This document shows, in pieces, positions 9,893 through 19,140 of a stretch of DNA of 64,000 nucleotides. Under the pieces are notes generated by a model. The model saw nothing but the letters and a program-made list of their open reading frames with translations, did not search any database and was not told the DNA's origin. Position numbers and translations under genes: made by a program. The stretch covers positions 248,001 to 312,000 of the IMG/VR virus record IMGVR_UViG_3300032116_000004. The stretch is one strand, 5' to 3'. How positions within the stretch are numbered: position 1 is the stretch's first letter; every line of letters begins with the position of its first letter.

Positions 9893-10944
9893 GATTCAAA
9901 TACATGATGCATTTTGTGATATTGTTCACGACTAAACTCAATGAACCTTTCACGGTTATAGCGAAGATCGGGCAACATATCTTGATAGATGTCTTCGATC
10001 TCTGACAGAGTCATATCGCATAACCAATGTAATACACTCATCACACTACCATGCTGGTCCTCTGAGGTTTCTATATCAACATGTGGCCAATAATGGTTAA
10101 ATGTTTTAAATCCTCGATTACGCAACCATGGATATATCCTAGTCTGCCCATGTATGACAAAAGGTCTTAATCCAATCATTGGTTTCCATGTTTTCTCAGT
10201 TACAAACAAGGGATGCCAATTGTTAAACTCTGTTTCGCTGACCACATGTAAAAAATGATTTTTCCACACAGTTAGAGGACCTAGTCCAAACAAATCGCAA
10301 GGAATTCCACCACAGTCATCCTCTGTAATAAAATCATCTAAGTTCTCACCCAATGTTATGTTAGGGCCCATCATACCATCAGCATAGATATCTGCATGTT
10401 CTTTTGATCCGCCACCTAAAGTAATGATTCCCCTACGATCAAGACGAGATGCCAATATAAGATTAGTGAGCTCCACACGGTGTAGTCTTGGTTTGCGTTG
10501 TAGACAAACGAATACGTGTTTAACTGATTGAAGGCTGATTTGATCCAAAGTGGGTATGGTCATTAACTTATAGGCGGCTGCCGCGTGCCAATTCCATTGA
10601 TACTTTTGATTTTCCCATGTGCCGATGCGTATTACTTTCTCGCACTTGATTTGATTGATAATACTATCTATTAGATCTTCGCGCAGATACACAGGATCGA
10701 TTGTAGATAACAAAAACAAATTGTCAAATTTAGCGCAATCTTTGTAGATCAATTTTTCTAACTTTTGCCATTGTCCGTTATCAAACTGAGGACCAAACCA
10801 AGTCATATTCAATAATAAATTCTTTTCATCTTTGAACTTAGACTCAATTTGTTCTGCAGTCTTTTGCAATACTTCTCGTTCCAAAGGCCCATAGTGATAA
10901 GCAAGTGGGAACGTGGTTCCAATAACAGTTATCATGATAGACAA
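9889..10944 (-). CDS. Putative glycosyltransferase (GT10-like motif), paralog 2
   Basis: FLHVVSET...VTEKTWKPM...PFVIHG...GFKTF. Confidence 0.5.
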   Translation of the reverse strand: MSIMITVIGTTFPLAYHYGPLEREVLQKTAEQIESKFKDEKNLLLNMTWFGPQFDNGQWQKLEKLIYKDCAKFDNLFLLSTIDPVYLREDLIDSIINQIKCEKVIRIGTWENQKYQWNWHAAAAYKLMTIPTLDQISLQSVKHVFVCLQRKPRLHRVELTNLILASRLDRRGIITLGGGSKEHADIYADGMMGPNITLGENLDDFITEDDCGGIPCDLFGLGPLTVWKNHFLHVVSETEFNNWHPLFVTEKTWKPMIGLRPFVIHGQTRIYPWLRNRGFKTFNHYWPHVDIETSEDQHGSVMSVLHWLCDMTLSEIEDIYQDMLPDLRYNRERFIEFSREQYHKMHHVFES

Positions 10945-11867
10945 TTTTGTTTATACCATTGGATTGTGATATCTATACCCTGTGATAAATTATATTTTGG
11001 TTGCCACCCCATGGATTTTATTTTACTGTTGTCTAAAGTTCTAACAATAGTAGCTGTTGGTTTTGTGATATCCCATTGTATATCCCCTGCAAAACCAGAT
11101 AAGTGCTTTACTAGATCGGCGGCAGTCTTAAGGTTAACTGGATTACCGGCAGAAAGATTTATTGGCTCACTGGCAGAATAATTTTGCATACAAAAAATAC
11201 AAGCGTCGGCAGCGTCGTCCACAAACATAAAATCTCTTACCTGACTTCCATCTCCCCAAAGAGATACTGCGGCGTCTTGACGTTTGACAGCATTGACAAA
11301 TTTGCTTATAAAATCACTCATGACATGAGATTTGACATTATCAAAAGTATCGTTAGGCCCGTAAAGGTTACCGGGCATCACTGTGATAAAATCACATCCC
11401 CATTGTTTTCTAAAATACTGAGCCATTTTGATCCCAGCAATTTTTGCCACGGCGTAGGCTTCGCTAATTGGTTCTAAATATCCAGATAAAAGTTGATCTT
11501 CAGTGATAGGTATTTGACAGTCTTTGGGATAGGCAGAACTACTACCAGTAAACAAAAGTTTTTTACACTGATATTTGCGAGACACATCAAAAACATTGTT
11601 TTGTATTTCTAAGTTATACAGCATTGTTTCTCCCCAATCCTGACTCAAAAGTCCTATCAACTTAGCCGCTACTAAAAATACATACTCTGGCCTATGCCGA
11701 TTGAACCAAGCATCGACCTGTGTTTTATTTCTCAGATCTAATTCTTCGGGACTAGGATATAGTATGTTAGTATATCCTTGTGATCGTAATTGTCTCACTA
11801 TAGCCGATCCAAGGTGTCCACGAAATCCACCTGCTACAAATATTTTAGACTGTTTTTCCATGTTCAT
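10932..11867 (-). CDS. fcl: GDP-4-keto-6-deoxy-sugar reductase (Fcl/GDP-fucose synthase family, extended SDR)
   Basis: GGFRGHLGSA Rossmann motif, YAVAK catalytic YxxxK, MPGNLYGPND and SHV. GSSSAYP replaces the canonical GSSCIYP. Confidence 0.85.
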   Translation of the reverse strand: MNMEKQSKIFVAGGFRGHLGSAIVRQLRSQGYTNILYPSPEELDLRNKTQVDAWFNRHRPEYVFLVAAKLIGLLSQDWGETMLYNLEIQNNVFDVSRKYQCKKLLFTGSSSAYPKDCQIPITEDQLLSGYLEPISEAYAVAKIAGIKMAQYFRKQWGCDFITVMPGNLYGPNDTFDNVKSHVMSDFISKFVNAVKRQDAAVSLWGDGSQVRDFMFVDDAADACIFCMQNYSASEPINLSAGNPVNLKTAADLVKHLSGFAGDIQWDITKPTATIVRTLDNSKIKSMGWQPKYNLSQGIDITIQWYKQNCLS

Positions 11868-12859
11868 CTGTCCTGATTGTCGTAATAAATTATCTGACTA
11901 CCTAGATATTCAAATAAAATTGGCACACTGGTCAATCCTAGTGCCTCTTCAACTTTTTGTTTGGCATCCAGCGGTGTGACAAAAAGCATAAATCCACCAC
12001 CGCCTGCCCCCAACAACTTACCTCCCAGAGCTCCTGCTGTTAGAGCACGATCATATATTTCATCAATTTTCTGATTGGTCGATTCGGGCTGTATTGCCTT
12101 TTTTAGAATCCATTGTTCGTTTAGAGCCTCGGCAAAGTCTGTCAGTCTGTTTTGATTTGCATCAAACAATATACTCTGCGCTCGATCAGTTAAAGCATTC
12201 ATATCCTGCAATTTTTTTTCTTGTTGCCCAAGTAAAGCAATAGTTTTTTTCGCTAACTGACCGCTCTCTCTGCAATCTTGTGTATGAAACATCTGCATTG
12301 ATGATTCCAATTCTCGGTGTATGCCAGAATCAAGTATCAAGGGATTGACCGTAAAATCTTGATGTCCACCAAAATTGATTTTATTGAAACCACCAAATGC
12401 GGCGGCCACCTGATCTTGGCTACCCACATCTTGTTTCAAAACTTTCTGCTCGATATACAAGGCATCTAATGCTAACTGACGTTTAGTCTTGAGTTGATTA
12501 GTCAAGGTATAGAGACCGTGTAGAAGACCTACTGTGAAACTACTGCTAGAACCTATGCCTGTGCGATTAGGCAAATCTCCGTGATGTGTAATATCGATAC
12601 CAAAATCAATATTACAAAACTTCAAACATTCTCTGATCACAGGAATAGATATTTCATCTATGGAATTGGTTTCTTGTACCTCATAATATCTTATGCGATA
12701 TTTGTAATCAAACACTTGAGGCAATTTCCTAATAACAATAAAACTATATTTGTTAATAGTGGTGCTGATTACTGATCCCGGATGATACTCATACCAATCT
12801 GGATAGTCGGTCATGCCTCCGAAAAAACTTACTCTATAAGGAGTTCTAACTATGATCAT
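11864..12859 (-). CDS. hddA: GHMP kinase, D-glycero-D-manno-heptose 7-phosphate 1-kinase-like
   Basis: RTPYRVSFFGGMTD, DLPNRTGIGSSSS, GSQDQVAAAFGG and GGKLLGAGGGGF. Confidence 0.85.
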   Translation of the reverse strand: MIIVRTPYRVSFFGGMTDYPDWYEYHPGSVISTTINKYSFIVIRKLPQVFDYKYRIRYYEVQETNSIDEISIPVIRECLKFCNIDFGIDITHHGDLPNRTGIGSSSSFTVGLLHGLYTLTNQLKTKRQLALDALYIEQKVLKQDVGSQDQVAAAFGGFNKINFGGHQDFTVNPLILDSGIHRELESSMQMFHTQDCRESGQLAKKTIALLGQQEKKLQDMNALTDRAQSILFDANQNRLTDFAEALNEQWILKKAIQPESTNQKIDEIYDRALTAGALGGKLLGAGGGGFMLFVTPLDAKQKVEEALGLTSVPILFEYLGSQIIYYDNQDR

Positions 12860-13869
12860 CTTATCAAATAATTTTTATTGATCTCGTTAACCTTCTCTCG
12901 CCAATGGTCTAGTAGATCTTGCATGGTCCGATCAAAGGTAATTTCCGGTTTCCATCCAGTATGCTTACGAAATTTTTCTGTGTTTGGTATCTGGAGATCT
13001 GCATCTATTGGACGCAATCGGTCAAGGTCGACTTCTACCCGTATGCTGTCCTGACAGGCACTTAATGATATTAACTTATCAAGGATATCCTGCACTCGGC
13101 ATACATGCGTGCCTCCTATGTTGTAATATTCTCCAGGGACAGGATTTACGGTAACAAGCATAAGATAAGCTCGCACAGCATCTCTGACATCAGCAACAGT
13201 CCGTAAACTATCAAGATTGCCCACCTTGACAACAGGTTCTATTTTACCTTTTTCAATCATAGCGATCTGTTTGGCAAAAGATGATTCAGCAAACACATCT
13301 CCGCGACGCGGACCGGTATGTGTGAACATTCTAGTGGTCATGACTTTTAATCCGTATGCTTCGGCATAAAATCTTCCCAACAAGTCTGTACCAACCTTGC
13401 TAATAGCATATGGCGAGGCTGGATGAAAAGTGCAATTTTCATCTATAGGAAGTTTTTCTTTAGGAACTCGACCAAATACTTCTGAACTAGCACAAACATG
13501 TATTATTGCGTCAGGACAGTGAATTTTACATGCTTCTAACAATCTTGCTGTGCCTTGGATGTTAGTGTTAAGAGTTTCTACAGGACTATCAAAACTAGTC
13601 TTTGGAAAACTTTGTGCCGCAAGGTGGAAAACATAATCGGGCTTTGAATTTTTTATGATTTTTTGCAATGACGGATCATCATTTAAATCACCATACTCGA
13701 GCATGATGCGTTTTTTTTGATTTATATCGGGGATCAAATGATTGATGTTGTCAAGAGGACTCCGCCATCTTATTACACCAACAATATTCCAGTCAGTTTC
13801 TTTAAGGATCAGATCGGCTAGATGGCTTCCGACCATGCCTGTGATTCCGGTGATAAGTGCAGTAGTCAT
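12856..13869 (-). CDS. dmhA: GDP-sugar 4,6-dehydratase, DmhA/WcbK (GDP-manno-heptose dehydratase)-like
   Basis: ALITGITGMVGSHLAD, IRWRSPLDNINHL, HLAAQSFPKTSF, SPYAISK, THTGPRRGDVF and RLRPIDADLQ fit the DmhA/WcbK pattern better than ordinary Gmd. Confidence 0.75.
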   Translation of the reverse strand: MTTALITGITGMVGSHLADLILKETDWNIVGVIRWRSPLDNINHLIPDINQKKRIMLEYGDLNDDPSLQKIIKNSKPDYVFHLAAQSFPKTSFDSPVETLNTNIQGTARLLEACKIHCPDAIIHVCASSEVFGRVPKEKLPIDENCTFHPASPYAISKVGTDLLGRFYAEAYGLKVMTTRMFTHTGPRRGDVFAESSFAKQIAMIEKGKIEPVVKVGNLDSLRTVADVRDAVRAYLMLVTVNPVPGEYYNIGGTHVCRVQDILDKLISLSACQDSIRVEVDLDRLRPIDADLQIPNTEKFRKHTGWKPEITFDRTMQDLLDHWREKVNEINKNYLIR

Positions 13870-13890
13870 TTTGCTTGGTTAATATATAAT

Positions 13891-15339
13891 TTATTGTTTG
13901 ATTAATTGCTTGGCTAGATATCCACAATCGGCCCACCATTCGACCATTTCTGGGAATACTTTGAGAAATCTCGTGCCGCGGCGTCGGTCATGTTCATCGA
14001 AAAATCGGAACCAATCCGCACGCTGACGGCGCACATAATCAGGATCTAGTTTCTTTCCTTCTCGCATCCACGCGATGTCTCTATCCAATCTCTGTAGTTC
14101 GTAATCTTTAAAGCCTTTGAATCGTCGTTCTTCGGTTTCGAGATTTTTCATCATGAAAACCCAAACTTCTTCCAGTTTGTCTGCGTAACTTTCGGGCAAG
14201 ATCTGCAGGCTCTGCCAGGCTGGATTTCTCAACACAGGAGTATCGAACCAAACACGCTGATAAGTGTTAGAATAGATCTGTCTTAATCCCAACATCCCTA
14301 CCATGAGTTCCTGGAAACTAGTCACTGACAAGTTGTTCATGGTTATGATAAATGTGATGGAACTGCGATGTGGTATTTCAGTGAGGAATTGATTCACACG
14401 ATCCCATAACAGGGCAAAATCCATACCATGCCGTATATACTCGGCACGGTCCATCCAAGCATCAAGGCTCACATACTGCATGAAATGCTCCACACGCTCG
14501 TTGTCGCAGATCATTTTCACATAACCTTTGTAGCGTTGCCAAAGACGTTCGTCGGCACAGAAGTTTGATGTTACATTAAGATGCAGTCGCGGATTGTGAT
14601 GAGCCATCACATAGTCAAACACTTTATAAGTGTTCTTGTCCATCATAGGCTCGCCGCCGGTCATACGGAAATGTTCTAGTTCCGGATACAGCGCAGGCCA
14701 CCACTGCCAAAATGCTTCAAGATAGGGATTGTGTTCACGAAAAGGTATGGGTTTGCGATCTCCTTGGAAGTAAGCAGGATCGTTATGAGGTGTAGCAGTG
14801 GGCCAGGCGCCGTGACGTTCTGCTTCTTCCATCCAGGACGTAGAAAATTGTGGACTGCAATAACTACATTTGAGATTGCAAACAGAATTGAAATTGACTT
14901 CCACATAACTAGGAGTGACATCTTGGTCCCATGGCGCGGTCACTATCTTTTCAAAATCACGAGCCGCCCAGGGTTCTCCGGATCTGTAATGACGATCCGA
15001 CATTTCTCCGAGATCTTCCATGTTCCAACAATACTGACATTCGCCCGGGCGTGTGCCTTCTAACATCAATCGGCGTTGCTGTTTTTTGTGTTCAGTATTG
15101 TGGATACCCGATGGACTGCGTTGTATGTCCTCGATGCGTATTTTGTGCAACGGAGGATGATAGCAGGAATTGGTATGGCCAGTGGTGAGATGTAAACTGA
15201 CTTGTTTCCACTTGGCCAAACAAAGACTAGAACTTACAGTATCGAGTTTTTGTTTGATTATTTCTGCATCACTTAAGAATTTTGACTTGAAGTCTTGTAA
15301 TACTTCATCGCCTTTGTTTTGTTCAGACAATATTGACAA
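13891..15339 (-). CDS. Radical SAM protein with N-terminal Cys/His domain
   Basis: CNLKCSYC and MTGGEP; N-terminal CLAKW...SCYH...CQYC. Same subtype as 7169..8527. Confidence 0.9.
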   Translation of the reverse strand: MSILSEQNKGDEVLQDFKSKFLSDAEIIKQKLDTVSSSLCLAKWKQVSLHLTTGHTNSCYHPPLHKIRIEDIQRSPSGIHNTEHKKQQRRLMLEGTRPGECQYCWNMEDLGEMSDRHYRSGEPWAARDFEKIVTAPWDQDVTPSYVEVNFNSVCNLKCSYCSPQFSTSWMEEAERHGAWPTATPHNDPAYFQGDRKPIPFREHNPYLEAFWQWWPALYPELEHFRMTGGEPMMDKNTYKVFDYVMAHHNPRLHLNVTSNFCADERLWQRYKGYVKMICDNERVEHFMQYVSLDAWMDRAEYIRHGMDFALLWDRVNQFLTEIPHRSSITFIITMNNLSVTSFQELMVGMLGLRQIYSNTYQRVWFDTPVLRNPAWQSLQILPESYADKLEEVWVFMMKNLETEERRFKGFKDYELQRLDRDIAWMREGKKLDPDYVRRQRADWFRFFDEHDRRRGTRFLKVFPEMVEWWADCGYLAKQLIKQ

Positions 15340-16267
15340 TCTCCGTTGAATACTTTTGATCTAGCAGAAGATTGTAGTTATGATCTAGAATAGATTGCAT
15401 ATCCTGATACATGTGATACAATTCTGACTTAGATTTTTTGACCAAGTCATCAATGAGTTTTAGTGTTGATTGCAATCTATCTTTGGTATCAAACCCATCA
15501 TAGTCTTCGTTCCAAAAATTCCAAAATGTCTTAAACCCCATCTGCCGTAGATACTCTAGATAATTCCGGCTGGCAAAAACAATAAATGGTTTTTTCATCC
15601 ACATCGGTCTAAAAGTCTTTTCGGTAGCATAAAAAGTTTCCCCTGACACATGTGATTCAACTACCACATCAACTAGAATATTTTTATAGTAATTTGTCAG
15701 CGGATCTGAAAAATCATAACCTTCACTGTCAGTGTATCTATCTGGACTAGACAACAACAAAGGAAGATCATCAATCAACACACTGGCGTCTTTGACACTT
15801 TCAATGCGATAAGATAATAGTTTGTCAAATTCAAAATGCACCAAATCATCCACACCGGTATTAGCCGAGAAATGTATCAGGCTTTTACGGCCGTGATAGC
15901 GTCTTAAATGTCCTGCAATAGCCAGTCGAGCCGCTGTGGGTCTCCCAAACAATGCATAGAAGACATGCGTTTGATCCCAAGAATGCATGCTGTTATCTAT
16001 GGATTCAATTTTTTTTGGCCAGTGATTTTCTAAAAATTTTATATGATAATAAGGATGTGATTCCAATGGATTGGCCGTGATAACAGTAACATTTTTATGT
16101 TCCATGGATTCTAATAATCGATAAACTCCCAAAGTTTTCATGCTCACAGCTTCGGGGGCCACAGTAATCTCAATCGGAAGACCTTGATTAGCAAACAAAA
16201 ATCTAACAAATTCATCTTTGTTCCAAAACTTATCACTGGTTGCAAGGATCTGGAAAGATACTGTCAT
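15323..16267 (-). CDS. Putative glycosyltransferase (GT10-like motif), paralog 3
   Basis: VDVVVES...ATEKTFRPM...PFIVF...GFKTF. ATG at 16267 overlaps the upstream TAA. Confidence 0.5.
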   Translation of the reverse strand: MTVSFQILATSDKFWNKDEFVRFLFANQGLPIEITVAPEAVSMKTLGVYRLLESMEHKNVTVITANPLESHPYYHIKFLENHWPKKIESIDNSMHSWDQTHVFYALFGRPTAARLAIAGHLRRYHGRKSLIHFSANTGVDDLVHFEFDKLLSYRIESVKDASVLIDDLPLLLSSPDRYTDSEGYDFSDPLTNYYKNILVDVVVESHVSGETFYATEKTFRPMWMKKPFIVFASRNYLEYLRQMGFKTFWNFWNEDYDGFDTKDRLQSTLKLIDDLVKKSKSELYHMYQDMQSILDHNYNLLLDQKYSTEIVNIV

Positions 16268-17196
16268 TACCACCCCTCTTGTCGTCGGATCACATCAATC
16301 TCACGTGTCATTACGCCGAGATTCTGCCAGTTAGATCTGTAATGATCCTTGAAAAATGCGCTCTGGAACGGGGGCATGAACGCCATGGGTAATCCCAATT
16401 GTGTGCTCAATGGATCGGTATAAAAATCAATCACCCCTGCTGGGTCTTGTTCAGCCACTGTGGATTCCCATATCGTTTTTAGAGTATCAAACCACTGCAC
16501 TTCTCGATAGTCCCAGTCAGAAAGCATGGTCATGTATGTGCCTTGACGGGCACCGGCTATGGCCCAAAATCCATTTTCAACATCGCAGCCTATGTTGTGC
16601 CATATCGTGAGATGATCGAAATTGCGTTTATGCACACGATCCTTGAATTCACTCACTGTGGGACGGCGCCCACGATCCAGGCACATCTTGACGCCTTCTC
16701 GGAACCCTGCACGCCAGGCATGGAATGGTGATCCATTGGGATAGGTTGTTGAATAGCAATCATGCATGGGCCAATACAGTGGATCAAAGCAGAATTCTAC
16801 CACTGTTTCGTCTCGCCCATCTGTGGATTCATGGGTTTTCATGTTGAGAACGAAATCTCGGGTCCACGAACTCAACCCACCGTTGCCATACATCAGACCA
16901 TTGACATGATTGCGAGCACGCCACCGCAACACAGCACGCTCCCATGATTCATCTGGAAATTCCAGTGTGAGATTGAAAAAGTTTTCTTGGGGAAGATTGT
17001 CTCCATCTATCAAGATGAAACGCTCGGTTTCTGATGCGTCGGCTGCGGCCTTGTGTGCGGCATCTGATCCTTTGACGCTGTCCACACGTTTGGCCCAGGG
17101 GACCATGTTGCGTATTTTGACCCAAAATTCTTCTTTGAGAGGCTCGTCATAGGACAGGTAGACGACGTCAAGATCTGCTATATCAACTTTCTTCAT
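16267..17196 (-). CDS. Putative GT-A fold glycosyltransferase
   Basis: VVYLSYDEP...AHKAAA...FILIDGDN: DxD motif after a beta strand. Confidence 0.5.
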   Translation of the reverse strand: MKKVDIADLDVVYLSYDEPLKEEFWVKIRNMVPWAKRVDSVKGSDAAHKAAADASETERFILIDGDNLPQENFFNLTLEFPDESWERAVLRWRARNHVNGLMYGNGGLSSWTRDFVLNMKTHESTDGRDETVVEFCFDPLYWPMHDCYSTTYPNGSPFHAWRAGFREGVKMCLDRGRRPTVSEFKDRVHKRNFDHLTIWHNIGCDVENGFWAIAGARQGTYMTMLSDWDYREVQWFDTLKTIWESTVAEQDPAGVIDFYTDPLSTQLGLPMAFMPPFQSAFFKDHYRSNWQNLGVMTREIDVIRRQEGW

Positions 17197-17530
17197 TGGT
17201 CACGGTTACTTTCCAAAATTTCTTTTGAGTATAGGTGGTTGGCACAACGATACAAACATCGTCGGCATGGCAAGCATATTCGCCATGATCTGCTGGTGCC
17301 AATCGCCAACTGCTCTGTTGTGTTATTTTAATCAATTTTCCATCGCGCACTTTGAGATCCATGCGCACTTGTTCAAAGGTATGACGATCCACTACAATGT
17401 ATGTGCCAGGAAGATCTTCCATGGAATAGCAAGTGATGGTTCCGGAATCGTCATAGTAGATGCGGAATTCGGCTCGATTTTCGGGCACGGTCCAATCATG
17501 CTGTGTGGCGGCTTGCCAAAAGGCATCCAT
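17183..17530 (-). CDS. Hypothetical protein
   Basis: ORF overlaps both neighbours in the operon. Confidence 0.65.
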   Translation of the reverse strand: MDAFWQAATQHDWTVPENRAEFRIYYDDSGTITCYSMEDLPGTYIVVDRHTFEQVRMDLKVRDGKLIKITQQSSWRLAPADHGEYACHADDVCIVVPTTYTQKKFWKVTVTNEES

Positions 17531-18335
17531 AATGCTCCTCCAATTCTAGTGCCAGGGGTTTGTGATGATAATGCACAACCCCATGCTGTTCTATGGTGTT
17601 GATGCGCAGTCTTCCATCTACCAATTCGTAGACAAATTCGTCGGTCCATGGGCGTGCGTCTGTCTTGAGATAGTTGACTGCGGGCTTCATGTGTATCATG
17701 CTGGGCCATGCGTCGGGCAAAGTCACAAGATCCTCGCCCATATACTTGGCCGCCATGGCATAGATCATATCAGTGTTGGCAGGAATGCTATCACAATATT
17801 TCAATGTTTTACGAGCCTCGGGCCACTTTTCAAACAGCACACGCACCAGTTCAAAAAATTCCGATGCCGTGCGACTCAATCTCCAATATGTGATGGCATT
17901 GTAGAGATCTGGAAGATCATTGTCGTCCCAGTGTCTACGATAAGCGCGGCAATCACTGACGTTGTTGAGATAGTTACGCATACCACGACTGACTACGACA
18001 TCTCGATGTTCGAACCAAGACCACCAATGGTCGATGGATCCGTTGACTATCATATCAGATTCGAGTTTGATCGTTTCGCGGAATGGAGAAGCATGGAATG
18101 CTTGCCAGTCGTTGGCCAACTTCCATGTGTCGTTGGCAGCTTGATCTCCATGAGGGAAAGGTTTGATGATATCAAACACCGGATCTGATTCTTCGGCGTC
18201 TGTGACCAAACATATCCTACAATCTGGCATCCACCAACGTAGGCTCTTGGCCAGTGCTCGAGCACAGGCTACGTAGTCATCGCGACCGTTGTTGCTGGCT
18301 ATGATTAGATATCCACGTTCAAATAGCACTGGCAC
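17496..18335 (-). CDS. Putative GT-A fold glycosyltransferase-like protein
   Basis: RGYLIIA...CLVTD...SPFRETIKLESDM pattern (ExD in place of DxD); paralogous to 18319..19140. Confidence 0.5.
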   Translation of the reverse strand: MPVLFERGYLIIASNNGRDDYVACARALAKSLRWWMPDCRICLVTDAEESDPVFDIIKPFPHGDQAANDTWKLANDWQAFHASPFRETIKLESDMIVNGSIDHWWSWFEHRDVVVSRGMRNYLNNVSDCRAYRRHWDDNDLPDLYNAITYWRLSRTASEFFELVRVLFEKWPEARKTLKYCDSIPANTDMIYAMAAKYMGEDLVTLPDAWPSMIHMKPAVNYLKTDARPWTDEFVYELVDGRLRINTIEQHGVVHYHHKPLALELEEHYGCLLASRHTA

Positions 18336-19140
18336 AGATTTTCCCCAGATCAGGTTTGTTCATGACATGGAGATCACAATCCTCCAATAACATGCGTTGG
18401 TGACGCTCTTGATTATCAACCATCCTCACATAGTTCAGTTGGAATCTATCGGGCTCCAATTGATTCAAATACACATCATAAAAACTGGTAAACAAAGGCC
18501 ACGGAATGCTGGGTATAGAATCCTCGACGTGCCCATAAACAGTGTTGAGAGCGATGCTGATAGCGTAGTCATTGCGATAGAGATCTTGGCTGAATTTATA
18601 GATGCGACTGTAATGATACCAGTTATCTTCGATCATGTGCATCATCTCAAACACAGATTGTGCCAACGCACTCTTCCGGAAATACAGTACCGTGGCCCAC
18701 CACATGGGCATTTCTACCGATCCAAATCTAGTATCGGCAGCAAAGTTCCTGCGTTCTGTGACATCTAACACATAACGATGGCATAAAATATCTTGATCGG
18801 TTTCAAACAGGATTTTCAGTCTATCTGAAGCAACGATATAATCTGTATCAAGCACCAAGGTCTGATCATAAGGACTCAAATCATAGGCCCTGCATCTACC
18901 TCGATTGAACCATGTGGCTGATGAATCCGCATTCATATGATCGTATTTGCGTGTGCCTCCACTGCGACTTTCGGCCGTGATCACTTGATCAAACATCGTG
19001 ACATCGTTGGGCGCTGAATCAGTGATCAATGTGACTGGTAATCCAAGATGTCTGTTGATCCTGGGTGCGGACCATTGTGCTTGTTGCACATAATCCACAC
19101 GATCATTGTTGAACGCGAATAATAGAACGCCTTGAGTCAT
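18319..19140 (-). CDS. Putative GT-A fold glycosyltransferase (GT8-like)
   Basis: QGVLLFAF...LITD...YDLSPYDQTLVLDTDY (DxD)...RND. Start moved to ATG 19140, which overlaps the upstream TGA. Confidence 0.6.
   Translation of the reverse strand: MTQGVLLFAFNNDRVDYVQQAQWSAPRINRHLGLPVTLITDSAPNDVTMFDQVITAESRSGGTRKYDHMNADSSATWFNRGRCRAYDLSPYDQTLVLDTDYIVASDRLKILFETDQDILCHRYVLDVTERRNFAADTRFGSVEMPMWWATVLYFRKSALAQSVFEMMHMIEDNWYHYSRIYKFSQDLYRNDYAISIALNTVYGHVEDSIPSIPWPLFTSFYDVYLNQLEPDRFQLNYVRMVDNQERHQRMLLEDCDLHVMNKPDLGKICASAI

Noticed and set aside
12856-13869. Simple GDP-fucose (gmd/fcl) pathway call
   Set aside because: The adjacent HddA-like kinase, DmhA-type motifs and loss of the Fcl Cys point to a heptose pathway. 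The fucose reading is not fully excluded.
17562-18188. Long + strand ORFs opposite real genes (also 26021..26863, 44227..44829, 45214..45846, 53367..54050, 63549..63905)
   Set aside because: They lie antisense to motif-bearing genes, with no SD, no motifs and a composition typical of shadow frames.
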